Virus record (IMG/VR): IMGVR_UViG_3300031673_000011
Location: 1 to 64,000 of that record
Origin: a virus
Length of the DNA: 64,000 bases
Reading direction: 5' to 3' (one strand)
Part shown: one piece after another, positions 51,051 through 61,622 of the stretch
Position numbering within the stretch: position 1 is the first letter of the stretch
Layout of the letters: every line of letters begins with the position of its first letter
Program-made: the position numbers and the translations under genes
The notes under the pieces: generated by a model
Database searches by the model: none
Seen by the model: only the letters and a program-made list of their open reading frames with translations
Told to the model about the DNA's origin: nothing

Positions 51051-51952
51051 TAAAACAAGATATTGAAATAGAAAAATTTGTAATTCCTTTTTCTAAGGGG
51101 GGACTTGGAGGTAGATTAAAATGTTTATTATATTCTAAAGAGATATTTTCAAATACAAAAAGAAAGATATTACTCTATTGGGAAAATAACAAGTATTGTA
51201 ATTGTAATTTTTCTGACTTATTTGATAAAGATATTGTAGAAATATCAAAAGAAGAATTAAGAGAGATAATTAAAAGGGATAATTTTCAAATATTAACAAA
51301 AGATATAGATAATGAAAAAAAGTATATCTTGATTGGAGATTTAGGTAGAGCCTTTGCAGGATTTTATGGTTCATTGGATATTCCTTTAGGAGAGAAGTTA
51401 AAAGAATTAAATATAAAGAAAGAAATACAGGAAGAAATTAATCAATATAAACTTCCAGAAGATGTTATTGGGGTTCATATAAGAAGGGGAGATTTTAGGA
51501 CAATTCCTGTGGGGGAGGTTTCTACAGATGAAAGGTTTATTGAAGCAATGAAAAAGGAGATTAAATTAAATAAGAGAGTTGTATTTTTTTTAGCGACAGA
51601 TGAAAAAGAAACAGAGGATAAGTTTAAGAGAATATTTGGTAATAAAATAATTTCCCATACCAAACAAATAGAAGAAAATTCTTTTAGGGAAGGAACTATT
51701 AAGGATGCTTTGATTGAATTATTATTATTATCAAAATGCAAAAAGATATTGGGGAGCTTTGGTAGTACATTCTTGGAAATTGCGTGGGAATTTGGATATA
51801 GAATACCAAAGATTATAATTGTTAAAGATGAAGAAAGATTAAAAATATGCAAAGTAAAAGAGAGAGGGAAAGATAATTGGTTTAACCAAATTAAAAAAAT
51901 GATATATGAAACTATCACCCCTTTACATATAAGACTATTAGATAAAATTTAG
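51047..51952 (+). CDS. Fucosyltransferase-like GT-B glycosyltransferase (GT11/GT23-like)
   Basis: GGLGGRL, GVHIRRGDF, FLATD, GSFGSTF. Confidence 0.78.
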   Translation: MIKQDIEIEKFVIPFSKGGLGGRLKCLLYSKEIFSNTKRKILLYWENNKYCNCNFSDLFDKDIVEISKEELREIIKRDNFQILTKDIDNEKKYILIGDLGRAFAGFYGSLDIPLGEKLKELNIKKEIQEEINQYKLPEDVIGVHIRRGDFRTIPVGEVSTDERFIEAMKKEIKLNKRVVFFLATDEKETEDKFKRIFGNKIISHTKQIEENSFREGTIKDALIELLLLSKCKKILGSFGSTFLEIAWEFGYRIPKIIIVKDEERLKICKVKERGKDNWFNQIKKMIYETITPLHIRLLDKI

Positions 51953-52307
51953 GAGGTTTATAAAATGATAAAAAAAATATTTACTTGGATTGGTGGGATT
52001 ATAAACATAATTTTAATTCTAGCATTAATTTTATACCCTTGGATAGTTAAAGGTGAAAATCCAATTACATTTTATTGGAGTTGTCTAAGGGAGCTTTGGC
52101 AAGTGATAAAAGAACCTGGATTATTAAGTAAATTCATTAGTTTGTTCAATTGAAAGGAGGTATAAAATGTCAAGAGATAAAAAGATAAAGAAAAGTGTTG
52201 ATAAAATCCATAAAGAAGCAGATAAGATAGAAAAAGAAGTTGCACCAAAGAAGGTATCAATGTATGGTGATCCAATCGTGAAGATTTTCTAAAACATTTT
52301 TTAACAA

Positions 52308-53039
52308 ATGGTTAAAACTTATAGTGGTAAATCTCCTAGAAATGCAAGGATAAAGATAGATTATACAGGAGAATGTCCTTCTGTAAGTTTTAAATATCCA
52401 AGGAAAGATGGTTATGTGGGATCTATGACTCATTTAGTATTTCTTGTTTGGATTTTATTTTGTTCGATTTGTTATATTTTTTTTAGTTTGACTGTACTTG
52501 TCCAAGATATCTCGCAAGATATTTCACAAAATAATACTTCAGTTAATGAAACACTAGTTAATGGTTATGGAAATGAAACTTATTTAATGGATAAAAGTGA
52601 ATTAATAAGAAATATTTTAACTTTATTAATACTTTTTATCCCACCACTAATTATCAATAAACTATTTAAAAAGAAGTTAAATGCTTTGTTCCCAATATAT
52701 CAAGCATGGAGAGCAGACAAAAAGTATGTTGAATTTAAAGCTAAAGATATAAAGACTTCAATAGTAAATGGAAAAAAAGAAATTTATGTTGAAATCCCCT
52801 ACTTTCAAAATATAATTCTAAAATATGAAGCAACTAAAGACTTTTCAAAATATTTGGATATCATGGAAATAAAAGAACAAAACTTTAAAACAAAAGAATA
52901 TTCTAGTAAGGAGAAGAAATGGAAAGAAAGAAAAAAGAAGAAAAGAAAAGTTAAAAAACAAAATGAATGGTATTGGTATGCTAAATTTTACTTTAATGAA
53001 GTTCCAAAAAATGGGAAATTAAGTGTAATTTACAAGTGA
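52308..53039 (+). CDS. Two-TM membrane protein
   Basis: Two hydrophobic segments flanking an N-glycosylation-rich loop. Confidence 0.55.
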   Translation: MVKTYSGKSPRNARIKIDYTGECPSVSFKYPRKDGYVGSMTHLVFLVWILFCSICYIFFSLTVLVQDISQDISQNNTSVNETLVNGYGNETYLMDKSELIRNILTLLILFIPPLIINKLFKKKLNALFPIYQAWRADKKYVEFKAKDIKTSIVNGKKEIYVEIPYFQNIILKYEATKDFSKYLDIMEIKEQNFKTKEYSSKEKKWKERKKKKRKVKKQNEWYWYAKFYFNEVPKNGKLSVIYK

Positions 53040-53309
53040 TGTTACCCCTTTTAAGTGGTGGGAAACATTTAAATACTCTTGATTTATTAATATAATGGGA
53101 AAAATGGTAAGTAATAAGGTTGATTCTAAGAAAGTATTTGTTCATTATTTGGATAGAGATAGAAGTGGAAAAGACTTTGATGTTCAAGGATATTTTGAAG
53201 TAATAGAAGAAGGAGAAAAATTTTTAGTGATTAAGTCAGAAAAAAATACAATTAAGATTCCTTATGGAAGGTTAATAAAGATGAAAGGGGGTAATAATTA
53301 AGATATAAG

Positions 53310-53873
53310 ATGATAGGAATAGGATTTATAATTTTAGCAACATTCTTGTTTTTAATATTTGTATCAATAGGTGGGGTAGTATCTTCATATAATGGATTTG
53401 TAACATTAACACAAGATATTAGAACACAATTTTCAAATATTATAACAGAATATCAGAGAAGAACAGATTTATTCTATAACTTGGTTCAATCAGTTAAATC
53501 TTTTAAGACACACGAAAAGTCTACCTTAAAGGAAGTAATTGAAGCAAGGAATATGAGCTTTGGACAATCAAAGAAACAAGACATAAAAAATATGGCTAAA
53601 CTTGATGGATTGTTTTCAAAACTGTTAGCAGTAGTTGAACAATATCCAAACTTAAAAGCAGATACACAGCATAATAAGTTAATGGATGAGATAAGAATAA
53701 CAGAAGATAGAGTAAATATTTCAAGAACAGACTATAATAATATAGTGAATACTTATAATGTAAAAGTTAAAAGATTCCCAAGTAATATTATAGCAGGAAT
53801 GTTCAACTTTGATTTAGAAGGATATTTTAAAGGTCAAGAAGGAATAGAACAATCTCCAAAAATAAGTTTATAA
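53310..53873 (+). CDS. lemA: LemA family protein
   Basis: N-terminal TM, YQRRTDL, VEQYPNLKA, EDRVNISRTDYN, FPSNIIA. Confidence 0.9.
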   Translation: MIGIGFIILATFLFLIFVSIGGVVSSYNGFVTLTQDIRTQFSNIITEYQRRTDLFYNLVQSVKSFKTHEKSTLKEVIEARNMSFGQSKKQDIKNMAKLDGLFSKLLAVVEQYPNLKADTQHNKLMDEIRITEDRVNISRTDYNNIVNTYNVKVKRFPSNIIAGMFNFDLEGYFKGQEGIEQSPKISL

Positions 53874-53965
53874 GATGGAAGAAAAAAATGATTCAATTAA
53901 GCACTATGAAAAACTTAGAGATAAGTTTACCAATAGGGAACAAGATGAATCAGATGAAATAGAAG

Positions 53966-54388
53966 ATGAATAAATTTATTTTAATAGGGAGTGGAATTAT
54001 CCTTCTTGGTTTTTTTATTTTATTATTTTTAGTTTTTAAAGCAAGAAAGAAACATAAAGCAATAAAGCATTATGAAGAGTTGAGAGATAAGTTATCTGTT
54101 AGAGAATTAGAAAAAGAGACTGGAATAACAGAAGATGAATATAATAATTATAATGGATCTAGTGTAGGTAGTATAATTCGTGGATTTATTGTTTTGTTAG
54201 TTGGAGTTAGTTTAATGAAACCAATTCAAGAGCAATTAGGTATTGCAGTTACAAATGGAGAATTAACTGGGGTGTCCCAGCAATTAGTAAACTTAGTTCC
54301 AATATTTTTTGCTGGAACAATTTTAATAATTGTATTAGGAATTGTAGTAAATGGTTTTGGTGGTTTAAAAAGTTCTGGATTGGTTTAA
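53966..54388 (+). CDS. Capsid-protein paralogue with N-terminal TM extension
   Basis: IIRGFIVLLVGVSLMKPIQEQL...TGVSQQLVNLVPIFFA...LKSSGLV. Confidence 0.6.
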   Translation: MNKFILIGSGIILLGFFILLFLVFKARKKHKAIKHYEELRDKLSVRELEKETGITEDEYNNYNGSSVGSIIRGFIVLLVGVSLMKPIQEQLGIAVTNGELTGVSQQLVNLVPIFFAGTILIIVLGIVVNGFGGLKSSGLV

Positions 54389-54994
54389 ATTTATTGGAAA
54401 AGATTAACAAGATTATTATAAATGGTTCAAGGAGTAAATTGTTACCCCTTTTGAGTGATTAGAAAGATTTATAAACTTGAATTAACTAAGAAATATAGAA
54501 AAAATGGTAAATGCTCTGGTTTGGGTTTTAATTGTAATAGTTTTATTAGTCTCACTTGATAAAATAATTACTGTTGCGAACATTTTACAAGTCGAGAAAA
54601 ACTTCCCAGAAGTTGATAGATATTCAATTGAAAAAAATCCTGTAGCAAAATTCTTCTTTGTAAAATGTGGATTATTGGGTGGAACAATTATATATGGGAT
54701 TCTTTCTGTTTTAACCTTTATATTAGCATTAGTCCTCCTTGAATGGACATTAAAATTGTTTGGTGTTGTTAATGCCCAATCAATTTCCTTATATATTATG
54801 ATGCTATTATATGGTCTTGTTATCTCTAATAATCTCTTCTTTTTTTTAAAGTACTCTCGTATAGTTCCATAAAATAAAATGAAAAAGAAATGTAAAGTGT
54901 GTAAAAAATTAAGAGAAATAGAATACGAATTTGCAAATAAGAAAGATAATCAATGTGTATTTTGTAATGATAAATATAGGGTAAAAAAGAAAAA

Positions 54995-55570
54995 ATGAGT
55001 TTAATTAATAAATTTTTAAGGAAAAGGGGATATGCTATTATAAAACTTAAAGTTGGTATGACGAGAGGTTCTGTTAAATATGCTAAAGATTATTTTTCAA
55101 ATGGAGAAATAGATGTAGTAGAAATAGGAGTGTTTGAAGGAACAAATGCTAATAGTATGTTAAAAGAATTAAATATAAATAACATAATTCTTATTGACCC
55201 TTATCTTTATGAACCTAATAGTTATTCCTATAAGGATATTGTTAATGCAGAGAGAAAGGCAGGAAAACTATTAAGGTCTTATAAGAATATTAAATGGATA
55301 AAAGATAAATCTGAAAATGTCTATAATGAAGTTGGGCATCCAGATTTTATTTATGTTGATGGCAGTCATAAATATGAAGATGTTAAAAAAGATATAAGTC
55401 TTTATTATAATGTTTTAAAAGTTGGTGGAATAATAGCAGGGGATGATTTAACCCTGCCAGGTGTTTCAAAAGCATTTTGGGAATTTGTATATACAAACAA
55501 AATTAAATTGGAAAATGTTTTTTATTCGGATACAGATACAGATTGGTGGATAATAAAGGATGGGAAATAG
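54995..55570 (+). CDS. Class I SAM methyltransferase, paralogue of 49909-50466
   Basis: KYAKDYF, EIGVFEG, IDPY, DFIYVDGSH, GGIIAGDD, DWWIIK. Confidence 0.85.
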   Translation: MSLINKFLRKRGYAIIKLKVGMTRGSVKYAKDYFSNGEIDVVEIGVFEGTNANSMLKELNINNIILIDPYLYEPNSYSYKDIVNAERKAGKLLRSYKNIKWIKDKSENVYNEVGHPDFIYVDGSHKYEDVKKDISLYYNVLKVGGIIAGDDLTLPGVSKAFWEFVYTNKIKLENVFYSDTDTDWWIIKDGK

Positions 55571-56097
55571 ATAAAATGAAACAAGAACAAGAACTTAAAA
55601 ACAAAATAGCAAAGAATCAAATGAAGCATGTTATTAAATTAATGGAAATGGCTAAAGAGGAAGGAAGACTTCAAGTACAATCAAAATTTATTAATGTGAA
55701 AGAAGATAGAAAAGCCATTAAAGATATTATTTATAAAAATCTTAAATTAATAGAAATGGCAGGAAATAAGGAAGGTATTTGCCAGGAATTAGCTGATGGC
55801 ATTTTATTGCATTTTATAGAAAAAGGAAAGAATAAAAAATGGAAACTGATGAAAGAACAGAGGGGTTAGAAGAAATATACAAGTATGTTTATACTTGTGA
55901 TAAATGCACAACAAAATATGGTTCAGATAAGAAGGAATTAAAAGAACATATTTGCCCTATCTGCGAAAAAAAAGAATAAAAATATCTTTATTTTTATAAA
56001 TGTTACTACTTTATAGTGATTAGAAAAGTTTATAAACCCTTGTTTCCTATTACATTTTAGGTTACTACTATAAAATGACTATTGGAAGGTTTAAATA

Positions 56098-56430
56098 ATG
56101 ACTCTATTTAACATACTATCTTGTCGTGGATTTGGTGCAGAGGTTATTGAAAAAACAACACTTCAATTTGGACCTTGTGCTGCTGCAAAGCTTGCCATAG
56201 TAGGATTATTTTTCTTGAATGCTATAGTAAGAAAATGGGGTGGCGAGGAACTCGGAATTGAATATAATTTTTGGTTAGGTATGGCAGGAGCTTTCCTTGG
56301 ATACCTTATACTAATTACTCTTACAGGAAAAGTTGGACTATCAATGATTGTAGGAATTGTTGTAATGCTTATTGGAGGATACTTTGGAGGAAGTATTCTT
56401 GGAGAAGGTGGAGGAGAATATGATGATTGA
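56098..56430 (+). CDS. Multi-TM membrane protein
   Basis: Three hydrophobic Gly-rich helices; follows the class I promoter at 56002. Confidence 0.55.
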   Translation: MTLFNILSCRGFGAEVIEKTTLQFGPCAAAKLAIVGLFFLNAIVRKWGGEELGIEYNFWLGMAGAFLGYLILITLTGKVGLSMIVGIVVMLIGGYFGGSILGEGGGEYDD

Positions 56431-57463
56431 AAAACTTAAAGAACCAATAGAAATAAAACTTGAACAATATGAATGTGGACATTGCAAAAAGAAATCATAT
56501 ATAAATACAGAAGATAAAACAGCAAGAAAATTCTTCTGTCCCTTTTGTATGGAAGAAGCAAAGAATGTTAGAATCTTTGATATAAAAATTGAAGGAATTG
56601 GAGAATACTGAAATGGAGAAAGAAGAAATGAATAAAAAAGAAGATTTAATAAAGGAAAAATATTTACTTTATACTTTTTGGAGTTTAGGTTCTTTATTTG
56701 GAGTTATATCTTTTTTTCAATTATTTTTACCAAACAAACCAATACTAATTATTTTTTTATTACCTTTCATATATTTTACTTGTCTTAATGCATTAAAAAT
56801 GGTTGGATTTTTTAGGACAAAGGATGAAAAATGATTGATTTAACAATAGCTAATAGTTGTGATAAATTTATTTGTATGAGCTTTGATATTGGTTCTATTA
56901 TAATTGGAATGTGTCTCGGAGTAATATTGATATATATTTTATTTAGAAAAAAATTGATGAGGAAGAAAGAATGAAAACAAATAATACTTTAAATCTTATA
57001 TTATTTACAATAATGCTTATAGCATTTATTGGATGTATAATTTATATAGGTGAAAAAGCTGAAAAAGTAAATAAAATAATTTATGAGAATCCCAACATTG
57101 ATTTTTATTATTATTGTCCAGACCATTTTGTAAGTGCATATTATAATTGTGAAAAGGGATTTACTTATGAAAATTTAACTGGCAAATATTGTAATGGTAC
57201 TTTAGTCTGCGAAAACGAGTATAAACTAAAATGAAAATAAAAAAGTATATGGATAAAACCTATAAATTAGCTTTAGCAATTTCTTTCCTAAGTTATACAG
57301 CAAGTTTTTATTTAACACTTGTATTTTTTGGTTGGAAAGCAGCTTTAATATTAGTATTATTTGCTTTAGGATTATCTGGAATAATCATTTGGTATATACT
57401 ATTACCAGAAATATATAAAAATATAGATGAAATAGATAAATTAAAAAAGAGAAAACAAAAAAG

Positions 57464-58114
57464 ATGAAAACAAAAGAACCTAAAGAAAATATGACAAACA
57501 AAAAGAAAAAGATTGAAAAAACAATAATTGAAGTGTGTATCAAAATAGCAAAACATAATGGAGGAGCATTAATCATATTAGGAGAAGCAAAATACAAGCC
57601 AATGGTAAATCAGGAAGATGTTAAGCACTTCAAAATAATAGAAAATCCAAAACTCCTACAATCTCTTGCAACAATTGATGGAGCTGTAATAATAAATAAA
57701 GATGGAGTAATGGAAGCACATGGAGTAAAAGTTGATGCAGATAAAATTTTAAAGAATTTTGGAACAAGACATGCTACTGCTTATAGTGTATCTTTTAATA
57801 AGTCCACAACTGCTTTTTTAGTTTCAAAAGGAGACGGTAAAGTTAAAATATTCAAAAAAGGAAACATAGTTCAAATTGATGCTTTTGAAAGAGGAGTAGA
57901 AAAAAAGATACCAGAAATAAGTAAAATTCTTGAAGCACTGGGTGTTGGAAGTATTGGAGTAATTGGAATGGGTATTTTAACACCAATTATTGGAATTGCT
58001 GCTATTCCTGGAATAACAATCTTTGTGCTTGTTGGAGGAATTTATTATTTAATTAAAAAAGCAGACGAATGGGGAGAAATTAATATAAAAACAAAGGAAG
58101 AAAAAATTAAATGA
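57464..58114 (+). CDS. DisA_N/diadenylate-cyclase (DAC) domain with C-terminal hydrophobic helices
   Basis: GGALII, IDGAVII, GTRHATA, VS..DGKV. Confidence 0.75.
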   Translation: MKTKEPKENMTNKKKKIEKTIIEVCIKIAKHNGGALIILGEAKYKPMVNQEDVKHFKIIENPKLLQSLATIDGAVIINKDGVMEAHGVKVDADKILKNFGTRHATAYSVSFNKSTTAFLVSKGDGKVKIFKKGNIVQIDAFERGVEKKIPEISKILEALGVGSIGVIGMGILTPIIGIAAIPGITIFVLVGGIYYLIKKADEWGEINIKTKEEKIK

Positions 58115-59542
58115 GTAAAACAAAGAAACCTAAAGAAAAATACCGCTATTGCCTACCCAATTTTTTAGCAAAGGGGATGGCAAAAGTGGATTTTCGTGCC
58201 CAAATGCAAGCGGGAATGCTCTCGCAGTTTTTACTTCTTATTGGACTAAGCATAATGGTTGTTTTTATGATTTTTTCTGGACAAACAACTGGCTTTTACA
58301 AATTCATAGTTATATTTAATCTTCTTTGCGGGTGGCTTTTAATTTCAAGTTATCTCGTAACTACCTACGGTCAATATGTAAGTTATGCAGAAGCGATAGG
58401 GTACGACCCACAAGCAGAAAGAGCAGCAGTTAAAAAACAAGGGAATATATTTAAAAGAATTAGAAATGCTATAAGGAGAAGGAAGGAAAGAAAAAATAAA
58501 ATATTAGTCTCAGGATTAGTTCCAAGTATTGTAAAGGATGCTCTAGAGAATATGGAGAAGATGGAAGAAATTCCAAAGGGGCTTGAAGAACAAAAAGAAA
58601 ATGAAGAAACTAAATAAAAAATCTAAAAATAGTTTAATAGAATCAAAAGGAGGTAAAGAAATGGACGAAGAATACGAAGATATAGAAAGCGAAATGGATG
58701 ATCTAGAAGAAGAGATAGAGGAAGCACCTAAAAAGAAGAATCCAGCAAAAAAACAACAAAGAATGGTTGAAGAAAAAGAGGAACAACAACCAGAAGAAAG
58801 ATATGTTGCTTTTTATCAGGAACAACAAATAGGAATTTATGATACAATAACAAAAGAAGTTATTGTTGATGGTTTAAAAGATCTACCAATAGCTAAAATA
58901 GAAGCTTTCAAGTTAAACAAGCTTGATAAAATAGAAATCGCTAGCGGAGCATAAATAAAATGAAAAAGAAAATTCCTAAAATGAAAGTCTCAAAAAGTTT
59001 TAAAAAACCATTGACTAAAGAACAAAGAAAAAGTACATGGACTTTTTTTATAATTTTATTTCCTTCTGTTATTTTAGCAATGCTTTTGGCTTTTAAGAGA
59101 ACAACTGAATTTATTATAGTTGGATTGCTTTTGTTTTTTTATCAAGCAATTGTACTAAAGAAATTCACTGAAGATTATTATAATTTAACTATTTAATTTC
59201 TTTTTAATTTTCATAGAAGCATAGAAGATGATAAAATTAGTATTTACGAGAATAAGAGAAACATTCACCATAGAAGTTGAAAACAAAATTATAGTATATA
59301 GGGATAAGAAATTTCCTAGGGGGTTTACTTTTATGCCAAAAAAACCTGATTTTGAAAAAATGGTTTTGTTTTCTAGGAATAGAATTCCAAAAGAAGTTGT
59401 AAGTTGGGTAAACGAGTCTAACTCTGGAAGGAATCTAGAAGAGTACCAATCTGCTAAAGATGATGAGGAATTAATTCCCATAATTATAAAAGATGCAAAA
59501 ATTAATGGATGTGTTTTTCAGAATCGTATAAATTTAAAATGA
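58111..59542 (+). other. Four hypothetical ORFs (two membrane proteins, one with acidic N-terminus, one soluble)
   Basis: ORFs 58111, 58661, 58960 and 59228. Confidence 0.5.
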
Positions 59543-60672
59543 CAAAAAAAGGATATAAACAAACAGAAAAACATAAACAAAAGATTGGTAAATCTAATAA
59601 AGGAAAAAAACTTTCTAAAGAAACTAAACTAAAAATGAGTGAAACACATAAGAGACTTAAAAAACCTTGGGTTAAAGGGATGTTTAAAGGGAAAAAACAT
59701 TCTAAAAAAGCCAAAATGAAAATTAGTAATGCATTAAAAGGAAATAAACATCGTTTAGGAAATAAAGTTTCAAAAGAAACAAGAAAAAAAATAAGTGAGA
59801 AACTTAAAGGTAAAATTGTATCAGAAAAAGTTATGGAAAGAATGGTTAAAGATAATCCAGCGAAAAAATTAGAAGTTAGAAAAAAAATAAGTGAAAATCA
59901 TCGAAGTAAAAGAGGATATCTTCCCCCTATGCTAGGAAAAAAACATTCTAAAAAGACCAAAGAAAAAATGAGTAAGGCTTGTAGTGGAAAGAAAAACCAT
60001 ATGTATGGAAAAGAAAATAAATGGGGACACCATTCAAAAGAAACAAAAGAAAAGTTAAGAAAGATGAGTTTGGAACAATTTAAAAATGGAATTTCAGAAG
60101 AAACAAGAAAAAAATTAAGTGAAGCAAATAAGGGAGAAAAGAACTTTTGGTATGGAAAAAAAGGAGAAAATAGTTCAAGATATGGTAAACATTGTTCAAA
60201 AGAAACTAAGAAGAAAATGAGTGAAGCAAGTAAAGGAAAAAAGAAATCAGAAGAAACTAGAATAAAAATGAGTAAAGCTAAAAAAGGAAAGCATTTATCA
60301 GAAGAAAGAAAGAGAAAACTAAGATTATCTACAATAAAATACTTAGAAAAACAATTTAACGATGGATTTCCAATGATTCCAGCAATTGGTAAAAACGAAA
60401 AAGCAATACTTGATGAAATTGAAGAGTTATATAATTACAAAATTATAAGACAATATAAAATTAAAAAATTAGGTTACTTTGTTGATGGATATATACCAAA
60501 ATTAAATTTGGTTATTGAAATAGATGAAGAAAGACATTTTAATATTGATGGTAAATTAAAAGAAAAGGATATTGAAAGACAAAAAGAAATTGAAAAAGAG
60601 CTTAATTGTAAATTTTTAAGAATTAAAGATAATAAATTAAATAATTGCATGTTCCAAGGAATAAGAAATTAA
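59539..60672 (+). CDS. Free-standing homing endonuclease: NUMOD3 repeats plus Vsr/DUF559-like nuclease
   Basis: Many HSKETKKKMS-type repeats; C-terminal VDGYIPKLNLVIEIDEERH. Confidence 0.82.
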   Translation: MTKKGYKQTEKHKQKIGKSNKGKKLSKETKLKMSETHKRLKKPWVKGMFKGKKHSKKAKMKISNALKGNKHRLGNKVSKETRKKISEKLKGKIVSEKVMERMVKDNPAKKLEVRKKISENHRSKRGYLPPMLGKKHSKKTKEKMSKACSGKKNHMYGKENKWGHHSKETKEKLRKMSLEQFKNGISEETRKKLSEANKGEKNFWYGKKGENSSRYGKHCSKETKKKMSEASKGKKKSEETRIKMSKAKKGKHLSEERKRKLRLSTIKYLEKQFNDGFPMIPAIGKNEKAILDEIEELYNYKIIRQYKIKKLGYFVDGYIPKLNLVIEIDEERHFNIDGKLKEKDIERQKEIEKELNCKFLRIKDNKLNNCMFQGIRN

Positions 60673-61622
60673 AATGACATTGGATGAAGTATTAAATGTT
60701 TTAGTTCCTGCAATTATCTTTATATTTTTAGGTGTGCTCATTTATAGTAAAGCAAAGAAACCAATAGATAACTTTTTTGCAGTAGTTAAAGGTTGGTTTC
60801 AACCAAGTGAATCTGGTGGGGGAAAAGAAGAACAATCAACAGAATATAAAATAAGTTATAGAGAACCAGCTTACTAAAATGAAACAAAATAAGACATTAA
60901 AAGAAAAATGGAATGAAGTAGATGAAGTATGTTCTACTTGTGGGCAAGTAACAAAAGTTAATCGGGGATTAACTAAACAGAATATAAAAAAAATGTTTAA
61001 AAGACCAACAATACAAGATTGTATAATTCTTATTATGATTATTTTAGTAATACTTGGAGCTTTATCATATCAAAATGAAGTAAAACAATATAAAGAGATA
61101 ATTAGAAACCCCCAGGAATTATGTCAAATTTACTACGAAAGTATTATAAGGGGTAACTTTAATAATCTCGATGCTTCTGATATCCCAAACATTAAAATAA
61201 TTGAAAATGAAGAAACCAGCTAGAGATGTACCCTTAATATATATATTTCTATATCAAAAAGCTAAAAAAAATCTAGTAGGAACACCATTCGTAAGACCTT
61301 CTTACCTACTTGAAATCTTAAAAAGAACATGCAGAATTCCACATGTTTTAAACTACCCTATTTTAAAAGATATGGAGACTTGGGAATTAATAAAGAGAAT
61401 CAACAAACAGAGTTATGAAGTTCTTAATCATTCCTGTACTAATAAATTAAAACAATATCACTTCAAATCAGATCGAAGTCCTTTTGACTGAGATTAATTA
61501 TGGAAAGTTGTATGCTTTTCTGCAAAAAATGCCAGAAATGTAGGGGTTGTTATAAGGACAAAAATCTTTGGATATGTTCAGGATGTGGAAGGGAGGTTGA
61601 AAAAGAAGAAAAACCTAAATGA

